Assembly (NCBI GenBank): GCA_044342325.1
Contig: JBIIPZ010000011.1
Location: 1-64,000 of the forward strand
Length of the DNA stretch: 64,000 bases
Origin: Terrimicrobiaceae bacterium
Lineage (GTDB): Bacteria; Verrucomicrobiota; Verrucomicrobiia; Chthoniobacterales; Terrimicrobiaceae
Direction of reading: 5' to 3'
The translations under genes were made by a program, and so were the position numbers. The notes beneath the pieces are model-generated. The model made no database searches. It was given only the letters and a program-made list of their open reading frames with translations, and was not told where the DNA came from. This document shows, one piece after another, positions 18,361 through 27,026 of this stretch (positions are counted from its first letter, which is position 1; every line of letters begins with the position of its first letter).

Positions 18361-19221
18361 TCAGGCGCGTTGTTCGAGGATTTTTCGCTGCCCACGCACG
18401 GCAAGGATTGCAGCTTCATGATCCGAGATGATGTGGCTTCGTGCATCAAGACCCAGCGCGCGGAAGGCGATTCGATAAGGATTGGCGATCGCACCGGCGG
18501 CAGCCAAGACCAGAGGAACATCTTTCGGCAGCGCCGAGAGTTCGGAACCTATGAGCAGACCGCTGAGAAATGAGCTATTCGACTCCGGGCATTTTCCATG
18601 GAGCAGGGCGCGGGTGCGCACCTTGAAAAGCGAAGAGGTCAGCGAGCCATGAGTTGACTCATTGATGCCCTCTAGAAAAGCCGCCTCGTCCCAACCGGGA
18701 GCCATCGATTGACGAAGAATCCCATGCGCGCTGAGGAGGGCGTGGAGTTCGCCGCTCATGAATGTGCGAAAGGCGACCATAGCGCCGTTTTTCAAAACAC
18801 AGTGCTTGGAATGCGTGCCGGGAAGAATCACCACCGCATCCTCCCGCCCGACCTCCAGGCCAAGAAGTTCGGTCTCCTCGCCACGCATGACATCGTCCTC
18901 CGAACGGACGCCTGAGATTAAAAAAATGCCCGACTCGATCTCGTCCACTACGGCAGCGCTTCCATCCAAGAGGAACGGGAGACGCGCATACGGCAATTCC
19001 TTCCAACCGATGCTTGAGCCGGCCATGCCGGAAATCACGACCGGGCCAGTGGCTCCGAGGGAATCCATCGCCGCGCCAAGAGCCATACGAAATTCCTGCG
19101 GGGATTTCAGGGTGCCGGCTCCTTGAGGCGTGCGAACTTCCTTCACGACGGAATCGCCACGGACTATTCGGACACGCAGATTTGTCGTGCCCCAATCGCA
19201 ACTGGTGAAGTCAGGCGTCAT
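18361..19221 (-). CDS. dgoK: 2-dehydro-3-deoxygalactonokinase
   Basis: CDWGTTNLR, SGMAGSSIGW, DVMRGEETEL, LPGTHSKH, FRTFMSGEL, LSGLLIGSE. Confidence 0.9.
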   Translation of the reverse strand: MTPDFTSCDWGTTNLRVRIVRGDSVVKEVRTPQGAGTLKSPQEFRMALGAAMDSLGATGPVVISGMAGSSIGWKELPYARLPFLLDGSAAVVDEIESGIFLISGVRSEDDVMRGEETELLGLEVGREDAVVILPGTHSKHCVLKNGAMVAFRTFMSGELHALLSAHGILRQSMAPGWDEAAFLEGINESTHGSLTSSLFKVRTRALLHGKCPESNSSFLSGLLIGSELSALPKDVPLVLAAAGAIANPYRIAFRALGLDARSHIISDHEAAILAVRGQRKILEQRA

Positions 19222-19667
19222 ACAGCAACCTTCACCACGATTTTCGTGAAAGGCTGGCCTTCGTTGGCTGTGGGAGCATGGACATCAGTGGGGAAAAAGA
19301 CCGTGAATTGTCCCTGTCGAACATTCAGCCAACAGGCCGGGCGGTCCTTGTAAAACTCCACCTCCTTTTTTTCATCGTAGCCGAGTGGAGCGCGGCTCTC
19401 GGCGAGCGGCATCCAGCCCATGAGGTCCTCGCCTTCGACGATGTATTGAATGTCGATGTAGCGGCGATGCGTCTCCATGCGGGCATCCTCTCTCGGTTTG
19501 CCGAGACCTTTCATCACGACGGCAAAAAGAGACTCGCCCTGGATTTCAATTTTCCTTTCGGGCAATTCGCTGCGCGCCGCCAACTCGCGCAGATGCGAAA
19601 AGGCGACTGGGAAAAGCGGGTGCAGGCCCTCGTAGGCTGCGGAATGATTGAGTGAATCGAGAATCAT
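19218..19667 (-). CDS. YhcH/YjgK/YiaL (NanQ/EbgC-like) protein
   Basis: ETHRRYIDIQY, FTVFFPTDVHAP, KIVVKV. Confidence 0.92.
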   Translation of the reverse strand: MILDSLNHSAAYEGLHPLFPVAFSHLRELAARSELPERKIEIQGESLFAVVMKGLGKPREDARMETHRRYIDIQYIVEGEDLMGWMPLAESRAPLGYDEKKEVEFYKDRPACWLNVRQGQFTVFFPTDVHAPTANEGQPFTKIVVKVAV

Positions 19668-19689
19668 AGTTTTTGAGTGGTTGATTAGA

Positions 19690-20808
19690 TCACCATTCCG
19701 TCACGGATCCATCCTTACGAGTGAATTGTGGCGTCTCCCAGAGACCGTCGAAGACAAGTTTCGCAAGCTTCTCCTCGTCGATCTCGACTCCGAGTCCGGG
19801 TTTGTCGGGGATCAAGGCGTAGCCGTTCTCGACTTGGATCGGTTCCTTGAGAATCCCCTCGCCCAGCGTGAGGTGCTCCTGGCAGAGGAAATTCGGTGTG
19901 CAGGCATCGAGTTGCAGGCATGAGGCCAAAGCCACTGGTCCAAGCGGGCAATGCGGCGCGATCACGATGTCGTGAATCTCCGCCATCGCAGCAATTTTGC
20001 GCGCCTCGAAGATGCCGCCGACATGCGAGAGGTCAGGCTGAATGATCGACACCGATTGGCTGTGCAGCAGATCGCTGAAGTCCCAGCGCGTGAACAGACG
20101 CTCGCCGGCAGCAATCGGAATGGTCGTGCTCTCCTTGATTTCCCGCATCGCCCGAGGATTGATCGGTAGCACGGGTTCCTCGATGAACATCGGGCGAAAC
20201 GGCTCAAGCGCGCGGCAAAGCTGCTTTGCCACCGCCGGAGTGCAGCGTCCGTGAAAATCGAGCGCCATGTCGATGTCATTGCCCAGCGTCTTGCGAAGAT
20301 TCGCCACAGTCTCGACAACCTCGTCGATGAAACGCGGTGTCTCGATCGGCTCGCAGGCAGACACGGGCACGAATTTGTAGGCCGTAAAATCCCGGTCGCC
20401 CACAGCTTTGGCCACCTCGGAAACATAGTCACCAGTGCCCGCGATGTTGAGCCAGCCGTAGAGGCGAATCCTGTCGCGCACGCAACCACCAAGCATCTCG
20501 TGCACAGGCAATCCCGCCGCCTTGCCCTTGATGTCCCAAAGCGCCTGCTCGATGCCCGAAAGAGCCGATGTCATGATCGGCCCGCCGCGATAAAAACCAC
20601 CTCGATAGCATCGCTGCCAAAGGTGCTCGATGCGCGTCGGATCCTCGCCGATGAGGATACGGCCAAGTTCGTGCACCGCCGTCTCCACAGTGAGAGCTCG
20701 TCCCTCAAGCACCGGCTCACCCCAGCCGACTATGCCGGCATCGGTGTGAATTTTCAGAAACAACCAACGCGGCCGGATGTGGAAGGTCTCGAACTTGGTG
20801 ATTTTCAT
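19690..20808 (-). CDS. dgoD: Galactonate dehydratase-like enolase-superfamily enzyme
   Basis: PRWLFLKIHTDAGIVGWGEP, FYRGGPI, DFHGR, FIEEP, IAAGER, IIQPDLSH, APHCPLGP. Confidence 0.88.
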   Translation of the reverse strand: MKITKFETFHIRPRWLFLKIHTDAGIVGWGEPVLEGRALTVETAVHELGRILIGEDPTRIEHLWQRCYRGGFYRGGPIMTSALSGIEQALWDIKGKAAGLPVHEMLGGCVRDRIRLYGWLNIAGTGDYVSEVAKAVGDRDFTAYKFVPVSACEPIETPRFIDEVVETVANLRKTLGNDIDMALDFHGRCTPAVAKQLCRALEPFRPMFIEEPVLPINPRAMREIKESTTIPIAAGERLFTRWDFSDLLHSQSVSIIQPDLSHVGGIFEARKIAAMAEIHDIVIAPHCPLGPVALASCLQLDACTPNFLCQEHLTLGEGILKEPIQVENGYALIPDKPGLGVEIDEEKLAKLVFDGLWETPQFTRKDGSVTEW

Positions 20809-21827
20809 CGCACATTCAAGCGATCGAGATTGGCACGGAGGCGTTGCAAGGCTCCTACATATTTCTGTGGGATAAGGCCATGCTTGTCGGGGCCGACATC
20901 GAGGAGGAGGTTCGTGCCGCGGCTAATGCACAGCAGATACATTCCAAGGAGTTCTTCGTCGCTGCGGGGCTGATCTTCCTCGGTGAAGAACCACTCGCGG
21001 CCGATGGGATCGCAGACCTCGCCTGGCATGTAATACTTTTTGCCCTCGATCTCGCGCCATTTAACATGGCCGGTGTGGCTGTTGGGAAGGAAGCGTTCGA
21101 TAGCGATGATATCTGCCGGCCATGCGTCAAAGCCGACACAAGGCACCCCGTATTGGTTGATCACGGGATAGTTTGAGCCATCGCCGATGCCATTGTTGTT
21201 CATGACAACCGTTTCGGGCTGCCATGTGGTGATATTGCGGTAAAGCTCCTCGCGATAGCAGCGCGGCAGCATGCCGGGAATATCGATCCACACCTCGGCG
21301 ACTTTACCGTAACCGGTAAGCAGTTCCTCGAGCTGCGCGGTCTGAAAATCCTGATACGCGCGGGTGGTGAAGGCGTGCAAATTTCCGGGCTTCTTGTCTG
21401 CCGTCATGTCCGAATAAGTGCGGGAGCCGAAGCGGTTGTGATTGTCCCACGAGCAGTAATAGAAGCCGGGCAGCACGCCGCGTTTTTCGCAGGCATTCAC
21501 AAATGCCTCGACGACATCGGTTTTGTTGCTGCTGGTTCCGACATGGTAGTCATTGTGCTTGGTCGGCCAGAGGCAGTGACCGGCGACATGCTTGGTGGTG
21601 AGCACGGCATACTTCATTCCGGCGTCGCGCGCCACGGAGACCCACTGGTCCACATCGAGCTTGTCGGGCGCGTAGAGAGTGGAGGGATGGCTGCCATCGG
21701 GCAGTTCCGATCCAGTGTAGGTGCTCATGCCGTAGTGGATGAACATGCCGTATTTGAGGGCTTCCCATTCCTGGAGTTGCTCGAGGCTCAGGCGCTGGGC
21801 TCCGCGTTCGTTGGTCGTGGTTCCCAT
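20805..21827 (-). CDS. Alpha-L-fucosidase family GH29, no signal peptide
   Basis: KYGMFIHYG, DAGMKYAVLTTKHVAGHCLWPT, LLTGYGKVAEVWID, NLLLDVGPDKHG; start reassigned to ATG 21827. Confidence 0.88.
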   Translation of the reverse strand: MGTTTNERGAQRLSLEQLQEWEALKYGMFIHYGMSTYTGSELPDGSHPSTLYAPDKLDVDQWVSVARDAGMKYAVLTTKHVAGHCLWPTKHNDYHVGTSSNKTDVVEAFVNACEKRGVLPGFYYCSWDNHNRFGSRTYSDMTADKKPGNLHAFTTRAYQDFQTAQLEELLTGYGKVAEVWIDIPGMLPRCYREELYRNITTWQPETVVMNNNGIGDGSNYPVINQYGVPCVGFDAWPADIIAIERFLPNSHTGHVKWREIEGKKYYMPGEVCDPIGREWFFTEEDQPRSDEELLGMYLLCISRGTNLLLDVGPDKHGLIPQKYVGALQRLRANLDRLNVR

Positions 21828-21834
21828 GAGATCC

Positions 21835-22560
21835 CTATTGCTCCCGGCTCTCCAATGCCTTTGGGTATTCCTGACAGAGGTAGAATTCTCGAGGCTCATC
21901 CTCGACGATCTGAGGAAAACGAATCGCCCATTCCTCGAAGAAGACATTGTCATTCCAATCGTCGCAGACGCTCGAGATTTCGCTGCTCAACGAGTAGCGA
22001 CCGCCTTCGAATTCCCATCCGGTTCCCTCCTCCGCCCAGAACTGGTGAATTGTTCCCGGCGGGATGGTCAGGCTCTCGCCGGGCGTGAGGCGCACGATCT
22101 CGCGGGGTCCGAGGATTCGCATGCAGGCGTTGACTTGGATTGCAAATTTCTCATCCGACCATCCTCCTTCGGGCGTGGCCTTGGTGAGTTGAACAAGAAT
22201 GTTACCGCCATGGCGGCAGATGATGTCCTCGCGCTTCGAGCGGTGGAAGTGTGCCGGAGCGCGCTGGTTCTCGGGATCGATGAGAAGCTTCTCGGCGTAA
22301 GCCTTAGGATAGCGAGGATCGTTGGAGCGACCGTTGCGAAGCGTAAAAAGAACGCGGCCGATGTTTTCAAAATCCCCGCTGCCAAAGTCGGTGACATCCC
22401 AACCGAGCATGCAGTCGCGAACCTCATTGTGCTCTGCGCCTGCCTTCTTCCATTGATCAAGCGACCAATGGCCATAAGTCGGTAGGGCGAAGTGGAAGTG
22501 TTCCGCAACCTTGATGGCTGTGCGGAGGCTTTTGTTAATGGTGGAGCGTTTGAGTGGCAT
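21835..22560 (-). CDS. D-lyxose/D-mannose family sugar isomerase (cupin)
   Basis: LGWDVTDFG, LFTLRNG, YAEKLL, PAHFHRSKREDII, EISSVCDDWNDNVF. Confidence 0.88.
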   Translation of the reverse strand: MPLKRSTINKSLRTAIKVAEHFHFALPTYGHWSLDQWKKAGAEHNEVRDCMLGWDVTDFGSGDFENIGRVLFTLRNGRSNDPRYPKAYAEKLLIDPENQRAPAHFHRSKREDIICRHGGNILVQLTKATPEGGWSDEKFAIQVNACMRILGPREIVRLTPGESLTIPPGTIHQFWAEEGTGWEFEGGRYSLSSEISSVCDDWNDNVFFEEWAIRFPQIVEDEPREFYLCQEYPKALESREQ

Positions 22561-22608
22561 GGATTGGTGTTAGTTTTATTTTTTAAGGGAGAGGGGTTAT
22601 GGCGTCTG

Positions 22609-24450
22609 TTAAACTACTGCGGAGTTTTTACTCGCACACGCGTTCACGAGCAGGGCGCGGGTGTGAATCGCGACTTCGCTCACGCATGCCGACACAGCGG
22701 CTTCCGAAGCGCCATTGATGTCACGCAGGGCCGGATTGTAGCGCCCCCAACCGAACTGGCGCTCGTCGCCGCCGTCGCAGAGCACTCCATTGATCACAAA
22801 CAGAATCAACTTCGGTCCACCGTCGATGATCACGCTGACATGATTCGTCTCGACGGGGTCGAGAGAATCGGAGTCACTCGCCCATGAGCTAACAGTGCGT
22901 CCATCCGAGAGCATGACTTCGATCCGGCCGTTTGATATGGCCCGCAAGAAAATCCCCGAGCCCTCTGCATTGCGGCTGTCGAAAAGGACTTCCCCTTCAT
23001 CAGGAAGTCCGTCGATGGAGAACTCCAAGGTGACACCGGCACGGGGGTCTTTTGTTCCGCAAGTGAAAGACTGAATATCACGCTCAAGTAGGTTGGGCAC
23101 CGGATTGAGAGGCATGTGCCAGGCGTCGTTCGCATGGCGCGAGGCATGCTGCGCCGGCTCAGATTTGCGGGCGGCAACACCATCGAACTGACTGAAAATC
23201 TGTTCCAGGAAATCCGGATCCAGAGCATGGATGCGGGCATTCATTTTATCCGTCTCGGTAAACCACACCTTTCCGTCCTGTTCGAGAAGGTCCGGATAAC
23301 TCATGCGAACCATGTGATCGTCGTCGTAGAGCAGGATTTCTGGTTGCGTCCATTCGAGCTCCTTGCCATTTGGCCCGTCGATTTCGCGGCCAGCGCTGAT
23401 CCAAACCGGATTGCGGTCGTCGTAGGGCGAGCGACCATTTACTGGCGAGAGGCCATTCGGGAGGGAGGAATGACCACCCAAAGCACGAATGAAGGCCCCA
23501 CCGTGATTGTGAAACCAGTAAAGGTAGCGACCACCCGAAAGCTTCCAGACAAAGTTGGCGGCGCGGGGATTTTTCATGCGGCGACCGCCGGGAGTGTAGG
23601 TCTTGTATTGTGGCGGCTCCCATGTGCGCCCGCCATCGCGGCTGTGCGTGTGGACCGGCCAACCATCCACGCTGCGGTAAACAGAATAAAGCGAACCATC
23701 GCTCAACTCGACCACACTGTGTTCCTCGGCAATTCGCCCACCTCCCGGCGGCGTGGTCAATCCGTGATCGCCATCCGGCAGCGTCTCGAAGCGGATTTTT
23801 TCGGGATCGGATTCTGTAAGGATGTTCGACGAGCAAATAAATGCCCCCTCGCTTTGAGCGAAGAAGCCGGCCCCCATCGCACCGACCTTGTGCAGTGGGA
23901 TGACAACTTCGCCATTCGCTCGAACACAGGGACGGCCGACATTCCAAAAAAACCGGACTTTGCCACCGTAAACATTGTTGCGGTCGCAAGCGAACTCGCG
24001 CACGGGAATCGTATGGCGCTTGGCCGACCAAGTCAGGCCGCCATCATCCGAGTATCGGAACACATAGTCGCCGAGCGAATCCACTCGCTGGAAGGCATCG
24101 CCATCCTCGGTCTGCACCTCGCGCACATTGTCCGTGTTGAAATTGTAGAAACAATAAACCCGCCCGCCCGGCGTCACGAGTGCCACGGCGAAGGAGTTCT
24201 CAGGCGACCTGGCCGACTCCAACTTCACCGGCGCACTCCAGGTTTCCCCCTGATCCGACGAGCGCATGGCAAAAACGCCCTGCGAGGAATCCCCCTCATG
24301 CCCATCCGCGCTTGTCACCACGCACAACCAAGATCCATCTTTGAGGATAACAACATAAGGCTGGTCCGCATAACCAGGCTGGAGTGGCAATCGGACTCCC
24401 TGCGCAGCATGACGGCTATCGATATTTTTGAGACGTAAGGAAACTTTCAC
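22609..24450 (-). CDS. Sialidase-like BNR/Asp-box beta-propeller with C-terminal LamG-like domain
   Basis: Asp-boxes SSDQGETW, SDDGGLTW, SRDGGRTW; RMSYPD; C-terminal NHVSVIIDGGPKLILFVING. Confidence 0.8.
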   Translation of the reverse strand: MKVSLRLKNIDSRHAAQGVRLPLQPGYADQPYVVILKDGSWLCVVTSADGHEGDSSQGVFAMRSSDQGETWSAPVKLESARSPENSFAVALVTPGGRVYCFYNFNTDNVREVQTEDGDAFQRVDSLGDYVFRYSDDGGLTWSAKRHTIPVREFACDRNNVYGGKVRFFWNVGRPCVRANGEVVIPLHKVGAMGAGFFAQSEGAFICSSNILTESDPEKIRFETLPDGDHGLTTPPGGGRIAEEHSVVELSDGSLYSVYRSVDGWPVHTHSRDGGRTWEPPQYKTYTPGGRRMKNPRAANFVWKLSGGRYLYWFHNHGGAFIRALGGHSSLPNGLSPVNGRSPYDDRNPVWISAGREIDGPNGKELEWTQPEILLYDDDHMVRMSYPDLLEQDGKVWFTETDKMNARIHALDPDFLEQIFSQFDGVAARKSEPAQHASRHANDAWHMPLNPVPNLLERDIQSFTCGTKDPRAGVTLEFSIDGLPDEGEVLFDSRNAEGSGIFLRAISNGRIEVMLSDGRTVSSWASDSDSLDPVETNHVSVIIDGGPKLILFVINGVLCDGGDERQFGWGRYNPALRDINGASEAAVSACVSEVAIHTRALLVNACASKNSAVV

Positions 24451-24495
24451 AGGGCCTATTTTCTTAGGCCCAATTCCTCAAACAAAGCCCAACCC

Positions 24496-24535
24496 GTTTA
24501 AGAAAATGGACATCTGTTTAAGAAAATGGACATTT
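24496..24535 (-). promoter_or_regulatory. Tandem 20-bp direct-repeat operator, copy 3
   Basis: + strand GTTTAAGAAAATGGACATCT GTTTAAGAAAATGGACATTT, about 46 nt upstream of GTG 24450. Confidence 0.78.
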
Positions 24536-24710
24536 CAGCCAAGAATGGCGGAATGCGGAATTTTGCGAGTGTGTGCAGAGGCGTCTGGCAGCGGTTTCAC
24601 GCTTTTCTTGACGAAATTTGGACCATGCGAGGACGATGGCGCTCCAAGGGGCGAAGCGCCCCGAACTGAAAACTTAAGACTTACAAACTTAAAACTCCCC
24701 TAACCCGCTT

Positions 24711-25655
24711 CTATTTTGTAAAGCCCAGAGCAAAGGCAGTCGGTGTGATCTGAAACTCTTTTTTAAAGGCCATGGTGAGATGCGAGGAGGCGGAGAATCC
24801 GGATTCAATGGCTATGCTTTTTATGGAGCGGCCAGGATTTTCGACGATGAGGCGTTTGGAGTGCTCTAACCGGAGGCGCAAGATATGCCGGTGCGGGGTC
24901 TCTCCACAGTGTTGGAGAAAAAGACGCGTGAGATGCCGAAAGGTCACGCCAGCCAAGGATTCCAACTCACCAGCATCCAACTCGTGGACGAGGTTGTTTT
25001 GAATGAATGACTGCACACGCTCGAAGACCACGCGTCCTCGAAGCTGCAAATTTTCCTCGGTGTTCATTCCTTGGGGAAAGTTGCAGACAGGATCCAGCAC
25101 ACCAGTGACGAGCGCAGTGAGCAATGCGGTTGTGTGCGTCTGCGCGAAACCAAGATTCCGTGCGGATACTGCAATGTCGATAAGTTGGCGGGCTAACCAG
25201 GAGATCGTCTCGGACCGTGCAACGAGCGGTTTTTTTTGAACGCAGAAAGGCAGAGGCGTTTCCTCACCCTGTTCGTTGGTGACGCTCACATGGATGCCCA
25301 GCATGAATCCGCCAGTGGGACTCCGCCAACTGTGCGGAACCAGGGCGGGAATCACAAGCGCTTGGCCAGACTTGAGAGTAGTCTTTGTTTTTTCGAACCC
25401 AAACTGAAAGCTTCCGAGCAACGGGATTTCGATTTGAATCTCGGCATGTTTGTGCGAACCAAATCCAGCACCCTTGCGGTAAAGCCCGCTTGCAATGTGG
25501 CATTGGGAGCAGCGCAGATGCAGTTCACCAACCTTGAACTCCCTCGCATTGAGAAAAGAGGACATGAGCATTCCATTCGTCCGCGCGACCCCAGCAGTCT
25601 TCCACAAGACGGCGTGCTTCCGTTTTGAAATAATGTCCATCGGCATTTGGTGCAT
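24711..25655 (-). CDS. AraC/XylS family transcriptional regulator
   Basis: Cupin motif HKHAEIQI...VPHSW; C-terminal RHLTRLF...RLEHSKRLI...SIKSIAIESGFSASSHLTMAFKKEFQITP. Confidence 0.92.
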   Translation of the reverse strand: MHQMPMDIISKRKHAVLWKTAGVARTNGMLMSSFLNAREFKVGELHLRCSQCHIASGLYRKGAGFGSHKHAEIQIEIPLLGSFQFGFEKTKTTLKSGQALVIPALVPHSWRSPTGGFMLGIHVSVTNEQGEETPLPFCVQKKPLVARSETISWLARQLIDIAVSARNLGFAQTHTTALLTALVTGVLDPVCNFPQGMNTEENLQLRGRVVFERVQSFIQNNLVHELDAGELESLAGVTFRHLTRLFLQHCGETPHRHILRLRLEHSKRLIVENPGRSIKSIAIESGFSASSHLTMAFKKEFQITPTAFALGFTK

Positions 25656-25980
25656 GAGAGGAGAAAAAATTACCGCTACAAGGAAAAATCAGAGGATTCA
25701 CGATGTTTTTTGGAAACTTCTTCCTTCCGAGCTGAAAATCAGGCCATTTGACTCAACGAAGACCCTCTTTTGTAGGCCTAAAGAAGTTGCCCCATTCTGA
25801 AAGGGAATCAAAAAAGTAGCCTTAATGTTAAACCCTTCATCATGAATTACCTCTACACTTTTAACATCACTCATTTCTTTGTTTTAAAAACAGCTATCCC
25901 GATTTACATGACAGATGTTCATTTAAAGCAAACACGTGTAGCAATTTTCAAAACCGCTGTTCCCTCGGAGACAACTCCAT

Positions 25981-26430
25981 TCCTCGCATGACCCATTTTC
26001 AACCACGAATTGCTGGCAAATTTTACGAATAGGGAGCGGCTTCGCAGCAGATTCTCCGTGTCGGTATTATTCGTGTTCAGTCGGGCTATTCGTGGTTCAA
26101 GGACATCCGGGCAGGATGAGCGGCAGGCGTGGTTTGGTTATCGAGGAGCTGGGAACGCGTGGCGTGGTAGCCGAGCGGTTCAGTCTTGGGTCAAGCCGGA
26201 GGTTGACCCTCCAAGGGTTTGTGCGCCGCCGCTCGGGTCGTGAAATTCGGGAGGGGCATCGTCCTCGCATGACCCATTTTCAACCACGAATTGCTGGCAA
26301 ATTTTACGAATAGGGAGCGGCTTCGCCAAAAATTCTCCGTGTCGGTATTATTCGTGTTTATTCGGGCTATTCGTGGTTCAAGGACATCCGGGCGTCAACG
26401 GGAGGAATGGTTTGGTTATCGAGGAGCTGG
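25981..26430. repeat. Duplication of an about 170-bp unit containing a REP-like hairpin (copies 25981-26152 and 26262-26430)
   Basis: Near-identical copies offset by 281 bp; each has AACCACGAAT...ATTCGTGGTT arms. Confidence 0.92.
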
Positions 26431-27018
26431 AGGGGCGCTCCAGACTTTGAGGACCGGGGTTTCATGTTCGTAGCCTAGGAGGCTCCATCGACCGGTTTCG
26501 AGATTGAAGAAGCGGGCGGACTCGGGATTGAGGCCAAGCCAACGGGCGGTGAGCACGCGGAGGCAGTGGGCGTGGGCGACGAGGAGGGTGTCGCCACCGA
26601 ATTCATGAACTTGCGCGATGACGCGGTCCACGCGCGCGGCGACATCCTGAGCGGTTTCCCCGCCGGGGCAAGGTTGTGTGAAAACAGTCCACCCCGGCAC
26701 GGATTGGCGAATTTCCGCAGTGGTGAGGCCTTCGTATTTTCCGTAATTCCACTCACAGAGTTCGTCGGTCTGGATGGCTGCCCCACCCCAGCCGACAAGA
26801 TCGCAAGTCCGACGGGCTCGAAGGCGGGGACTGCATAGGACGAGTCCGAAGTTCCAATTTTTCAGAAATGGGGCGAGGGCGGCGGCGCTGCGCTCGCCTT
26901 CGGGCGTGAGAGGGAGATCCGTGACCGAGGTGTGACGACCAGTGAGGCTCCACTCCGTTTCGCCATGGCGGATGAGCATGATGCGCTGACTGGTTTTTTT
27001 GGGAAATGATTCGGACAT
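26416..27018 (-). CDS. Histidine phosphatase (phosphoglycerate mutase-like) family protein
   Basis: LIRHGETEWS, SPRLRARRT, EWNYGKYEG, LLVAHAH. Confidence 0.92.
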   Translation of the reverse strand: MSESFPKKTSQRIMLIRHGETEWSLTGRHTSVTDLPLTPEGERSAAALAPFLKNWNFGLVLCSPRLRARRTCDLVGWGGAAIQTDELCEWNYGKYEGLTTAEIRQSVPGWTVFTQPCPGGETAQDVAARVDRVIAQVHEFGGDTLLVAHAHCLRVLTARWLGLNPESARFFNLETGRWSLLGYEHETPVLKVWSAPPAPR

Positions 27019-27026
27019 GGAAGGAT

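Noticed and set aside
23116..24438. 440-aa plus-strand ORF
   Set aside because: Shadow of the sialidase-like gene
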